A stretch of 50,257 bases of DNA from Anaerolineae bacterium. GTDB taxonomy: Bacteria > Chloroflexota > Anaerolineae > Aggregatilineales > Phototrophicaceae. The notes below the pieces were generated by a model. It made no database searches. It saw only the letters and a program-made list of their open reading frames with translations, and had not been told where the DNA came from. A program made the position numbers and the translations under genes. Of this stretch, positions 9,801 through 18,611 are shown in pieces (position 1 is the stretch's first letter; each line of letters starts with the position of its first letter). Location of the stretch: positions 1 through 50,257 of the forward strand of contig DAOTTT010000053.1 of NCBI GenBank assembly GCA_034437635.1. The letters run 5' to 3'.

Positions 9801-9941
9801 ATCTTCGAGGAATGGCAAGACGAAGCCGCGCTCGAAGCGCACTTCCAGACACCGCACATGGCCGACTTCCAGCCACAGTTTGCCAGCATCGGCGCAACGG
9901 ACTTTAGCGGCATCAAGCGTTACAACGCGACCCCGGCTTAA
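9801..9941 (+). pseudogene. 3' remnant of an ABM-domain (antibiotic biosynthesis monooxygenase-like) gene
   Basis: The in-frame translation IFEEWQDEAALEAHFQTPHMADFQPQFASIGATDFSGIKRYNATPA* matches only the C-terminal half of ~100-aa ABM proteins. There is no start codon or N-terminal half, and it abuts MITE copy A. Confidence 0.65.
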
Positions 9942-11518
9942 TGCAGTTGATCGCGGCGGATGACCTGCCGGACGGCGGTCTGCGCTTTGTGCGCCAGCGG
10001 CAACCAGACCGTAAACTGGGGGCCCTGGCCTTCGATGCTCTGCACGTTGATTTTGCCGCCGTGCATCTGCACGATCTCATAAGTAATCGCCAGCCCTAAG
10101 CCCGTGCCGCGCTTGGGGCCGCGTGCTTTATCCACCTGATAAAACCGCTCGAAGATGCGCGGCAAATCATCCTTGGGGATGCCCATGCCGTTATCTTGCA
10201 CGATTACCTCTACCCCGCCTTCGGATGTCCGCGCTTTGACTTGCACTTGGCCGCCCTCTTGCGTGTATTTGATGGCGTTGCCGATGAGGTTGTTAAACAC
10301 CTGCACCAGACGGTCACCATCCCCGGCGACCTCCGGCAAAGTGACATCGGGCATGGTCAGCGCGATGTTTTTTCGCTGTGCCATCACTTGCAGGTTTTGC
10401 ACCACCGCCTTGACCAGATCACAAACGTCCAGGTGCGAGATTTGCAGCGACAATTGCCCGGCCTGCAAGCGGGTTAAATCCGTCAAAGTGTTGACCAAGC
10501 GCGTCAAGCGGGCGGCTTCGTCGTAGATTACCGATGCGGCGCGTTCTGGCTCTTTGGCGGTGCCGTCGATAATGGCTTGCGAAAAGCCCTGGATGGTCGT
10601 CAGCGGCGTTTTGAGATCGTGCGAGACATTGCCCAAAAAGTCGTGCTGTGCTTGCTGCGTCATGCGAACTTCGTGGCTCATGTAATTGAACGCCTCCGCC
10701 ACTGCCCGCACTTCGGTAGGGCCTTCCACCAGGGCAAGATGATCGTGATCGCCGTGTGCGATAGCTTCTGCCGCCCGGCTGAGGGCTTGCAGAGGCCGGG
10801 CAATCGTCCGCGTGATGAGATAGGCCAAAATAAAGGCGATAATCAAGCTGACCGCCGCCGCTTGCATCAAGGGGAAAATCAAGTCCGTACCGAAATCAAC
10901 CAACACATCTTGGAGCGATTGCGTCGGGCGCACCGTCGCCACCATAATCGTCGTCACGCCATCGCGTTGAGCGCCTGCCGCAGGGCGGTTGGTGTCATTA
11001 TCCAGCAAAGAACGGTCTATCGGCTGCCCGCGAAAGCCGCTAAACAGCCATTCTTCACTGCCATGCACAAACCCGCCGTGTACTTGTTCCAAGCCACCCG
11101 GCAGCATCGTCAGGATGCTTTGGCTATCCGGCGCACCGCGTCGAAATTCAACCGATACCGGGAGCGTTTGCGCTGTCTGGAAGATCGCCGCGCTATCGTA
11201 CAGCACAAACGTCTCTTGTTGCGCGTTGGTGCGCAGCCAAATCACACGGGCACCGGATGAGTCGCTAAAGTAATCTAAAACGTCCGCAACAGAGCTTGTA
11301 TTTTGCTCGCTGCCAGGGGGCAAATTCTGCGCGAAGCCGCGTAACAGAGTGCCCCAATCCAGCCCCCGCGCCACCGCTGTCAGGCGTTGCCATGTCGTCT
11401 GTGGGGGCGCTTTGCGTGCGCCCGTCGTGATGACCACCATCGCCAAAATAGCGATCAAGGTCACCATCAGCAACATCACATAAGAGGTCAGCAAGCGTGC
11501 CCGTAGTGATCGCATCAT
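9938..11518 (-). CDS. Membrane sensor histidine kinase (large extracytoplasmic domain, HAMP, HisKA, HATPase_c)
   Basis: 526 aa. H-box SHDLKTPLTTIQGF, N-box NLIGNAIKYT, G-box GTGLGLAI. Its start overlaps the stop of the upstream 96-aa ORF (ATGA). Confidence 0.9.
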   Translation of the reverse strand: MMRSLRARLLTSYVMLLMVTLIAILAMVVITTGARKAPPQTTWQRLTAVARGLDWGTLLRGFAQNLPPGSEQNTSSVADVLDYFSDSSGARVIWLRTNAQQETFVLYDSAAIFQTAQTLPVSVEFRRGAPDSQSILTMLPGGLEQVHGGFVHGSEEWLFSGFRGQPIDRSLLDNDTNRPAAGAQRDGVTTIMVATVRPTQSLQDVLVDFGTDLIFPLMQAAAVSLIIAFILAYLITRTIARPLQALSRAAEAIAHGDHDHLALVEGPTEVRAVAEAFNYMSHEVRMTQQAQHDFLGNVSHDLKTPLTTIQGFSQAIIDGTAKEPERAASVIYDEAARLTRLVNTLTDLTRLQAGQLSLQISHLDVCDLVKAVVQNLQVMAQRKNIALTMPDVTLPEVAGDGDRLVQVFNNLIGNAIKYTQEGGQVQVKARTSEGGVEVIVQDNGMGIPKDDLPRIFERFYQVDKARGPKRGTGLGLAITYEIVQMHGGKINVQSIEGQGPQFTVWLPLAHKAQTAVRQVIRRDQLH

Positions 11519-11805
11519 GAGTCTATCCCTTGGCTTAATACGTTCTCAATGCGCAACGGCGGCGCAATAATCAGCGAATAGTCCCCCCAACGCAACGCCA
11601 CCCGGTCATAACGCGCTGTCATCAACACGGTACGCACGCGCTCCCAATCGCACAGCGGCAGATGAATATCCCCTAGCACAACCGGCGTTTGAGTTGTGTG
11701 TCGTTGTACCGGGTCGTAAAGCATATTATGAAAGCGCACAAAATCCGTAGCAGCGCCGATATACCCAGCCTCATACAACCAGTTATCACCAAATTGATAG
11801 ATCAT
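11515..11805 (-). CDS. Hypothetical 96-aa protein embedded between regulator and kinase
   Basis: ORF with ATGA stop/start overlaps at both ends (11805 and 11515-11518). No TM segment and no motif I recognise. Confidence 0.55.
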   Translation of the reverse strand: MIYQFGDNWLYEAGYIGAATDFVRFHNMLYDPVQRHTTQTPVVLGDIHLPLCDWERVRTVLMTARYDRVALRWGDYSLIIAPPLRIENVLSQGIDS

Positions 11806-12491
11806 CAGGCTTCCAGCTTATAGCCAACGCCCCACACCGTTTCAATTATGGGGGTCATGTCCTTTAGTTTGTGGCGCAAGTGGGCGATGTGTACATCAAC
11901 GGTGCGTGTCTCCCCGGCGAAATCATACCCCCATACGATCTCTAGCAGCTTTTCTCGGCTGAATACAACGCCCTTATCCCGCGCCAACGTGAGCAAAAGG
12001 TCAAACTCTTTCATGCGGAGTTCGATTAAATCGCTATCGACCTTAACCGTGCGGCGCTCCGGGTCAATGGCGAGATTGCCCAGGGCCAGCACCGCGTTGC
12101 TCATGTCGGAGTCACGCCGCCCGCCGACCCCACCACGCCGCAAAATCGCCTTGATGCGTGCGACCAACTCACGCGGGTTAAACGGCTTGGTTAAATAGTC
12201 GTCCGCGCCAAGCTCCAAGCCGACGATCTTATCAATATCATCGCTGCGTGCCGTGAGCATAATGATCGGCACGTCGCTTTCTGCCCGCACCCGGCGGCAA
12301 ATTTCCAGCCCGTCCATGTTGGGCAGCATCAAATCCAGGACGATCAAACCCGGCGCATCCGCTTTGATTTTATTATAAGCCTCTAAGCCATCGGTGCTGC
12401 TTTGAACGGTGTAGCCCTCTTGCTCTAAGTACATCTGGGCTAAATCAATAATCCGTTGTTCATCATCTACGATTAGAATTGTCTCTGACAT
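11805..12491 (-). CDS. OmpR/PhoB-family response regulator
   Basis: 228 aa. ILIVDDE, LIVLDLMLPNMDG, LTARSD. Winged helix (MKEFDLLLTLA, VWGVGYKL). Confidence 0.92.
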   Translation of the reverse strand: MSETILIVDDEQRIIDLAQMYLEQEGYTVQSSTDGLEAYNKIKADAPGLIVLDLMLPNMDGLEICRRVRAESDVPIIMLTARSDDIDKIVGLELGADDYLTKPFNPRELVARIKAILRRGGVGGRRDSDMSNAVLALGNLAIDPERRTVKVDSDLIELRMKEFDLLLTLARDKGVVFSREKLLEIVWGYDFAGETRTVDVHIAHLRHKLKDMTPIIETVWGVGYKLEA

Positions 12492-12575
12492 AGTAGCCTC
12501 CCAGGTTACAATTCTATTCTAACCGCAGTTACGCGCAGTTTACACACATTTTGCACTTCAATGACGAATGGATGA

Positions 12576-12968
12576 TTGATGAACCAGCCGCATTGTACCC
12601 ACACATATGACGAAACAAACGATATTCATGCTTATACATTCCACGAGCCATCACGCCGCGCTGTTGATGAATGGCTTGACTTAATGGAGTTGGTCTACCA
12701 AGAACGCCGCAAAACGCCGGATAAGCGCGTTAAAATTATGATGGACATCGGCGAATTTACGCTGCCTGTGCGGTATACTATACGGTCGATCCGTAAATGG
12801 CAAAACGACCGCCCGGACCGCGCAACGACGAATATTGCCGTTTTGTATCATGATAACCCCATGCTAGCGATGGTCAAGACGATGGTCAATAACATGCCTA
12901 TGGTCGATACGCTCCACTTTTATCCGGCAGAGCAAAAAGAGAAAGCGCGAGCGTGGCTCACACGATAA
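12576..12968 (+). CDS. Hypothetical protein (130 aa)
   Basis: Intact ORF in a gene-sparse gap, with no recognisable motif. The layout is vaguely STAS/SpoIIAA-like; this is not demonstrable here. Confidence 0.45.
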   Translation: MMNQPHCTHTYDETNDIHAYTFHEPSRRAVDEWLDLMELVYQERRKTPDKRVKIMMDIGEFTLPVRYTIRSIRKWQNDRPDRATTNIAVLYHDNPMLAMVKTMVNNMPMVDTLHFYPAEQKEKARAWLTR

Positions 12969-12975
12969 AGGGATC

Positions 12976-13149
12976 GTGTGGGATATATTAGATGGTCTCA
13001 ACGTCTTCTATGCGCTAGAGCAAGTGCGCAAAGCCGCGCCACCTGCTGCGGACAGGCAACAGTTAAAAGTACGCTATACGCCAGAAACGCGGCTCGCGCT
13101 CCGGCAGCAGATTAACGCACTATATGAGCGCGGCGATCCATCCGCTTGA
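12976..13149 (+). CDS. Possible small ORF (57 aa, GTG start)
   Basis: I translated it by hand: VWDILDGLNVFYALEQVRKAAPPAADRQQLKVRYTPETRLALRQQINALYERGDPSA*. It starts 8 nt after the preceding stop. No homology is recognised. Confidence 0.2.
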   Translation: MWDILDGLNVFYALEQVRKAAPPAADRQQLKVRYTPETRLALRQQINALYERGDPSA

Positions 13150-13161
13150 GCAGGCGTAAAA

Positions 13162-13470
13162 TCAGTCATCGGCCTGCTGCGCTAGGTAGTCGGCTTCATC
13201 GACCAAGGTCCCGTTCGTCACGACGCTGTTGGTGATGTTTTTCTTATTATCCATATAGATTTCAATCTCTGCTTGGAACGGGCAGCGGGTGGCGCTGGCG
13301 ACCTTGCGCACAAAATACCCTTTGCCATCGTCGGTCAAGCTCGGATCGTTCATCAAGTTAATGCGCACCTGCAAGATTTCTTGGCAGTGCTTGGGCTGTA
13401 CGTAGATATACAATGCGTTGCGATCGGCAGGTTGGCCGCCACCACCGAACAGATTTTTTAGGAAATTCAC
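13162..13470 (-). CDS. Hypothetical protein (102 aa)
   Basis: GTG start preceded by GGGGAG. It is the last gene of a three-gene minus-strand unit. No recognised motif. Confidence 0.5.
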   Translation of the reverse strand: MNFLKNLFGGGGQPADRNALYIYVQPKHCQEILQVRINLMNDPSLTDDGKGYFVRKVASATRCPFQAEIEIYMDNKKNITNSVVTNGTLVDEADYLAQQADD

Positions 13471-13486
13471 GATTACTCCCCGAAGA

Positions 13487-14491
13487 TCAACCAGAATTTA
13501 GCCCAATTATACCGCGTGCGCGGTCGATGCCATACCATAAGGCGGCAGCGCCTTGGGGCGCGATGCGCGTATGCACATCATCGGGCAGGCCGTCGAGCGT
13601 ATCCAGCGGGATAACGTGCGTGGCTTGGCGCTCCGTGTGGATGGCCGCTTGGAGCACGGCGGCGTTGCGTACCGCCCAATCATCATGGATGATAAGCACC
13701 GCGCAGAGTTCCGGGCGCAGCGAGAGCGCATTAAAAGCGATGCCGGTAGGGTGCAGTTCGGCGCGGCCATCGTTGAGCATTGCCCGTAGCTCGCGCACAC
13801 GCGGATGCTGGTAGAAGTGCGTCGGGTGGTTGAGTTCCGGCATGGCGAACAGTTCTTCGGCGTATTCCCGCACGATGTGACGCACAAACGACCACTCCGC
13901 CGCCGCAGTCTCGCGGAAAGCAGGCTGCATGACAAAGGCCGGCATCACATGGAACAAGCCCGCGCCCGTTGCCAAGTTCGGGTCACGCTGCACCAAGAAG
14001 AAGACGTATTCCCCGCCCTGCTTGAACACCGTCAGCACCGCCGCGCCGACGACGGCACAACGTCCGCTTAAGTCGTTGGTGATCCGCGTCAGGGGGATGT
14101 GAGCGTGTAGGGCATCACGCAGGGGCGTAGCCGCGCCATCACGCAATTCATGGTCGAGTGCGTCACAGGTCGCCATCATATCGAAGTAATAACCCAACGC
14201 GCCGCGTATCTGCGGCGGGTCGTGCTGTAGGGCGTTGCCGATATAGCATAAGCCGTTGGTCAAATGGCGCGTGGCTTGGCGTTGCGCTAAATGCGCCTCA
14301 TCATAGATGACATAATCGGCGCGGGTCTGCAAGGCCGTTGGTGGCGCGGGGTGCAGCAGATCATCCACCGCTTGACCGGGTGCCGCCGGGAACATGATTA
14401 CCGGATACGTCGCGCCCCGGCGTTGCAGCAGGCGCTCCCCATAGAGCGCCTGAAGTTGGCTGATTATCCGCGTATGCTGATCGGCACTCAT
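13487..14491 (-). CDS. Hypothetical protein with a possible degenerate Nudix-like fold
   Basis: I moved the start to the ATG at 14491, which forms an ATGA overlap with the WD40 stop. VVGAAVLTVFKQGGEYVFFLVQR ... VREYAEELF resembles a Nudix strand plus an REx2EE box, but the glycines are missing. Confidence 0.4.
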   Translation of the reverse strand: MSADQHTRIISQLQALYGERLLQRRGATYPVIMFPAAPGQAVDDLLHPAPPTALQTRADYVIYDEAHLAQRQATRHLTNGLCYIGNALQHDPPQIRGALGYYFDMMATCDALDHELRDGAATPLRDALHAHIPLTRITNDLSGRCAVVGAAVLTVFKQGGEYVFFLVQRDPNLATGAGLFHVMPAFVMQPAFRETAAAEWSFVRHIVREYAEELFAMPELNHPTHFYQHPRVRELRAMLNDGRAELHPTGIAFNALSLRPELCAVLIIHDDWAVRNAAVLQAAIHTERQATHVIPLDTLDGLPDDVHTRIAPQGAAALWYGIDRARGIIGLNSG

Positions 14492-16386
14492 GGCACCTGC
14501 CACAAGGTCACGTTGCCGTTAGACGTGGCAACCGCCAAAGTCTGCCCGGTGGGGCTAAAGGCCACATCGCTGATCGGCTCGCGGGTGGTGTTGATCTGCG
14601 CCAGTTGTGCGCCGCTTTGCGCGTCGATGACCAACACGGCGTTACGGCCATCGGCGGTCTGCCCGGCGAGTGCCAACACGCGCCCATCCGGGCTGATGTC
14701 CAGCCAATCATGGGCTACATTGAGGTTGACCAAGGGCAGCGCATAGGGTTGCTCCGCGAAGCCGCCCGCCACTGCGTTAAGGATCAACACGCGGCCATCC
14801 TCACTGAATAGGGCGATGCGATTGCCGTCATCCGGCACGACAAATTGCTGATAAACGCCGCTTGTGGGGATGCCCTGTTGACTGTTAGCCGCGAGATCAA
14901 TAGCCATCAGGTCAGCCTGCGCTCCGGTCAAGACGATTAAGGTGTTATCGCTCGTCCAGGCGACGGAGCCGACAACAGGATCAACTGCCGTGCGGAACAA
15001 CTCCGCGCCGGTGATGAGATCCAACACCAAGAGCGTCCCGGTGTTGCTGTTGGGTTCCGCGACGACCAACGCCAACCGTGAACCGTCCGGGGAATAGGCG
15101 GCGCTCACGCCGCTAATGCCATCGTTGAGCGGCTGACGGCCTACTTCTTCCAGCGAATTTACATCATGCTGTGTCAGGTTATCACCCACAACCGCCACTT
15201 GTGCGGACGACACCGCAAAGGCCAAGCCGAATTGCACGTCAACTTTGCGCGAGAGCAAGTGTTGACCTTGCTGCGTCCAGGTGTTGAGTGTCGGCCAAGC
15301 AAACGCAAGGCCGTCGCTGCTGGCGATATACACCATAGACGCATCCGGCGACCATGCCACACCCTCAGTTGCCCCGCTGAACCCGGCCACCGTCGATAGT
15401 GTGTTACCGTCGATGGCGTTCCACACGCGCAAGGTCGCATCCGCGTGCGCGGTGATGATGCCCGGACGTAAGGGCGACCAATCCGCAGCGAAGGTCGCGC
15501 CCAATTCGTTATCGCCATCCGAGGAAGGGAACTGCCCGGTATACAGCGGCAGGCGTTCCGCCAGGGTGACTCCATCAAGGACACTGACCCAATCCCGCGT
15601 GCCAAAGACAAATTGTGATGAATCCGGCGACCATGCCACACTGACGAAATCCGCCGTTATCACACGATCCGCAAACCCGGCGGCCATCTCCGCATCGGTC
15701 ATGCCATCGAGCAAGGCGAGGCCGTTCGTGCCTTGCGTCAACAAAAAGCGGCCATTGGGCGACCAACTGACGAAATCGCGATACCCGGCGTTCAACATGC
15801 GCCCCTCGTTGAGCATCAAATTCCAGCGCATGACCTCTGCTTCTGACGCGGAGGCCAATTCCCCCGTGAGCGACCAATCCACGCTGAGGACGGACGCGGT
15901 ATGCCCGGCCAAGCGGAAGACTTCTGTGCCGTCGTTCGAGTCCCAAATGCGCACGGTGCCATCATCACCGCCAGTGGCGAACTGCGTACCATCCAGCGTA
16001 AAGACGACATCGTTAATCGCGCCATCATGCCCGGAAATGAGCAAGCGCCGCTCCCCGCTGACGGCATCCCACACGATCAAGCCGCCGTTGCTATCCCCGA
16101 CGACGATCACGCCATTAGATGACCAGGCGATAGCCTGCATATTGCCGTTGGCATCCAGGCGGCGCGGATTTTGAAAGGTGGGGTCAAAGAGCAGCACCCC
16201 GGTAGCCGTCGCCACAGCGACCTGATTACCATCCGGCGAATAGGTGAGATCGTTGATACGACCATAGCCCACTGTACCCACTTGTGTGAGTAACGCGGCA
16301 TTTTCCGGCGCGATGACCGGGGCTTGCTCCTGCGCGGTGATGGGCATCACCAACAGGCCGACCAACAGCATTAAAAGTAAACGCAT
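14488..16386 (-). CDS. Secreted WD40-repeat beta-propeller protein
   Basis: 632 aa. Signal peptide MRLLLMLLVGLLVMPITAQ. Repeated WD-type blade ends (LIVWDA, VRIWDS, LRVWNA, VTLWQV) and SPDG motifs. RBS GGAGGG. Confidence 0.8.
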   Translation of the reverse strand: MRLLLMLLVGLLVMPITAQEQAPVIAPENAALLTQVGTVGYGRINDLTYSPDGNQVAVATATGVLLFDPTFQNPRRLDANGNMQAIAWSSNGVIVVGDSNGGLIVWDAVSGERRLLISGHDGAINDVVFTLDGTQFATGGDDGTVRIWDSNDGTEVFRLAGHTASVLSVDWSLTGELASASEAEVMRWNLMLNEGRMLNAGYRDFVSWSPNGRFLLTQGTNGLALLDGMTDAEMAAGFADRVITADFVSVAWSPDSSQFVFGTRDWVSVLDGVTLAERLPLYTGQFPSSDGDNELGATFAADWSPLRPGIITAHADATLRVWNAIDGNTLSTVAGFSGATEGVAWSPDASMVYIASSDGLAFAWPTLNTWTQQGQHLLSRKVDVQFGLAFAVSSAQVAVVGDNLTQHDVNSLEEVGRQPLNDGISGVSAAYSPDGSRLALVVAEPNSNTGTLLVLDLITGAELFRTAVDPVVGSVAWTSDNTLIVLTGAQADLMAIDLAANSQQGIPTSGVYQQFVVPDDGNRIALFSEDGRVLILNAVAGGFAEQPYALPLVNLNVAHDWLDISPDGRVLALAGQTADGRNAVLVIDAQSGAQLAQINTTREPISDVAFSPTGQTLAVATSNGNVTLWQVP

Positions 16387-16430
16387 CGTTTACCCTCCAT
16401 ATTAAGCCATAATTCGCTGTATTGTAGCAG

Positions 16431-16458
16431 GAAAAATCCGCACGTAACCTGACGGATG
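16431..16458 (-). terminator. Rho-independent terminator after the esterase gene
   Basis: Minus strand reads ATCCGtcaggttacgtgCGGAT followed by TTTTT, about 25 nt past the stop at 16483. Confidence 0.5.
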
Positions 16459-16482
16459 TTCAACGGTTTTGCAGTGATAGTG

Positions 16483-17286
16483 CTAGACTTCGTCTATTTG
16501 CGCGATAAACCGCGTCACACAATCAAAGACGGCTTCGTGCTCCGTATCTTGCGTGAGGATATGGCCGCTTTCTTTAAATGTGTGGGCGGTCACGGTGGGG
16601 CTGCCGATATGTGTCATCGCATAATCAAAGTTGTGGAAGGGTACGGTCTGGTCGGCCTCGGAGTAGAGCAGCAAGGCCGGGGCGGTGATCTGCGTAAGGG
16701 CTACCCGCGCAACATGCATCAGCTTATGCAGTTGATGCACGCCATTAGTCGGCATACGGCTATAGCGCACACGCCCGCGTTCGGCGGAGGGTTCGGCACG
16801 GCGGCGGCGTTCCGCCCGGAGGCGATGCGGGAAGTCGGTTTGATCGGCGTAATCCATCGTGCGCCATAGGTGTTTTATTGCACCGGCGTAGGGTAGCAGT
16901 TTGGCCTCCGGCAGATCAAACGGCGCGGCCATAATCGCCACGCCATCAACGGCTTGCCATGTGCCTAAAAGCGTCGCCAGCAAACCGCCCATGCTCAACC
17001 CGGCGACGAACACGCGCTCACATTGTGCCCGCAAGATATGGTAAGCGTCCAGCGCGGACGTGTACCAGTCTTGCCAGCGGACATGCCGCATCATCTCGTG
17101 GTCGGTGGTGCCGTGCCCGGCGATGCGCGGCGCATAGACCGTGTGCCCTTCTCCAGCGAGATGCTCCGCCAACCAGCGCACCTCATCCGGGGATGCGCCC
17201 AACCCGTGCAGGCACAAGCAGCCCACATCCCCGCCGCGTGCAAAGTACGGTTCTGCACCGGGCATAATGTCAATATAATGCGTCAT
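16483..17286 (-). CDS. Alpha/beta-hydrolase (esterase/lipase family)
   Basis: Nucleophile elbow GLSMGG, with HG oxyanion-type LCLHGLG. I chose the start at the ATG at 17286 (MTHYIDIMPG) because it forms an ATGA overlap with the upstream stop. The longest ORF begins at 17328. Confidence 0.8.
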   Translation of the reverse strand: MTHYIDIMPGAEPYFARGGDVGCLCLHGLGASPDEVRWLAEHLAGEGHTVYAPRIAGHGTTDHEMMRHVRWQDWYTSALDAYHILRAQCERVFVAGLSMGGLLATLLGTWQAVDGVAIMAAPFDLPEAKLLPYAGAIKHLWRTMDYADQTDFPHRLRAERRRRAEPSAERGRVRYSRMPTNGVHQLHKLMHVARVALTQITAPALLLYSEADQTVPFHNFDYAMTHIGSPTVTAHTFKESGHILTQDTEHEAVFDCVTRFIAQIDEV

Positions 17287-17699
17287 TCGTCGCTTTTGTC
17301 CTTGTGCCATTGCGTGATGAACGTCCATGCGTCATCATCCGTCCTTACAATCCGCTTGCGCTCTTGCCCCGGCGTAGACCGCAACGAGACACGCACCATC
17401 TGTTCTTGCATCGGTGTTTCGACAATCAAGGCCACCGGGATATGATCGAGACTATAGCGTGCGTTCAGGCGATAGCTTTCGCTCTGGGCCGTCGGCAAAT
17501 TCCCGGCGATGAACCGCTCCACAGCGCGGAAATCCAGCAAGAGGCCACGCACGTTTTCTACGCCAACCGACTTGACAATCTTGGTGCCTTCAGCATAGAC
17601 TTTCGCCGTAATCTCTGGGGTTAGAATTTTGCCGTAAATACCCACGATCACCCCATCCTCAAATTTGAGGTCAAACCCATCGCCTTGTACTGTCGTCAT
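17283..17699 (-). CDS. Hypothetical protein (138 aa)
   Basis: Intact ORF translationally coupled to the esterase. No recognised motif. Confidence 0.5.
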   Translation of the reverse strand: MTTVQGDGFDLKFEDGVIVGIYGKILTPEITAKVYAEGTKIVKSVGVENVRGLLLDFRAVERFIAGNLPTAQSESYRLNARYSLDHIPVALIVETPMQEQMVRVSLRSTPGQERKRIVRTDDDAWTFITQWHKDKSDE

Positions 17700-17745
17700 T
17701 GTTTAAGTCCTAAACTCTAATTTTGAGATTGATAGTTTCAGGCAG

Positions 17746-17807
17746 TGGGCTAGCCCCCGGTTTTGAACCGGGGCAGTAAGCAAATCAGAGCATACCTGAA
17801 TAGTTAC
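17746..17807 (+). mobile_element. MITE-family copy B (right half only)
   Basis: GGGCTAGCCCCCGGTTTTGAACCGGGGCAGTAAGCAAATCAGAGCATACCTGAATAGTTAC matches the right end of the copy at 32286-32474, including the TIR with one mismatch. Confidence 0.8.
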
Positions 17808-17876
17808 ATGATTATAACAATTAAAGGACTTCATTTTTAGAGAAAACAGTTAATAGCCTGGACACCCAAGATTACG

Positions 17877-18611
17877 TTAGTAAATGCCTAGCCCCTGCGC
17901 GACCAAAACAAGAAGCGGCGCGACAACCAACGCCGGGAGGAAGTTCGCCACCCGCACAGGTTTGATTTCCAGAATGACCAAGGCCAAGCCGATGAGAATC
18001 ACCCCCCCGGCAGCGGTCATCTCCGCGATCATCGCCGCCGACATGAACTCGCCCGCCAAAAAGCCGAGCAACGCCAGCCCACCCTGAAAGAGAAAGATCG
18101 TCAAAGTGGTGAATAGCACGCCAATGCCGAAGGTCGCCGCAAACGCCATCGCCGCGAAGCCGTCTAATGTGGATTTAATCGCCAGATTATCAAACCCGGC
18201 CTGTAAGCCCATGCCATCCTGGATTGAGCCGAGAATGGTCAACGGGCCGACACAAAAGACCAAGCTCGCCGTGACAAACCCGGTGATAAACCGCTCGCGT
18301 GGAGAAAGCCCCTCTTGCGGTGCGTCGTCCTGCGTTTGACCGCCAAAGCGCAACTGCAACCACCCGGCGAGCCGCTCTAACTGCGCATCCAAGCGCAACA
18401 ATTCACCAATCGCTACGCCGATGACGACGCTCAATAAGGGCACAAGGAGATTGTTGGTCGCGGCGGCGTTGTCCAGCCCGACGACAATCGTAATTAAGCC
18501 GATACCAATCATCACCGACTCGCGCACGCGCTCCGGCAGGTGATCGCCGATGAATAAGCCCAAGACCGACCCTAAAGCGACGGTCACCGTGTTGAGCAGG
18601 GTTCCCCCCAC
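17877..18611 (-). CDS. DUF554-family integral membrane protein
   Basis: 244 aa, polytopic. The N-terminus GTLLNTVTVALGSVLGLFIG is typical of YdfK/YqgA-like DUF554 proteins. The GTG start directly abuts the upstream TAA. Confidence 0.7.
   Translation of the reverse strand: MGGTLLNTVTVALGSVLGLFIGDHLPERVRESVMIGIGLITIVVGLDNAAATNNLLVPLLSVVIGVAIGELLRLDAQLERLAGWLQLRFGGQTQDDAPQEGLSPRERFITGFVTASLVFCVGPLTILGSIQDGMGLQAGFDNLAIKSTLDGFAAMAFAATFGIGVLFTTLTIFLFQGGLALLGFLAGEFMSAAMIAEMTAAGGVILIGLALVILEIKPVRVANFLPALVVAPLLVLVAQGLGIY

Noticed and set aside
17751-17775. tRNA-like T-arm (CCCCGG-TTTTGAA-CCGGGG) seen in several repeat copies.
   Set aside because: It is a 7-nt loop on a GC stem only. No acceptor, D or anticodon arms can be drawn around it. 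I could fold no tRNA cloverleaf in any intergenic region of the window.
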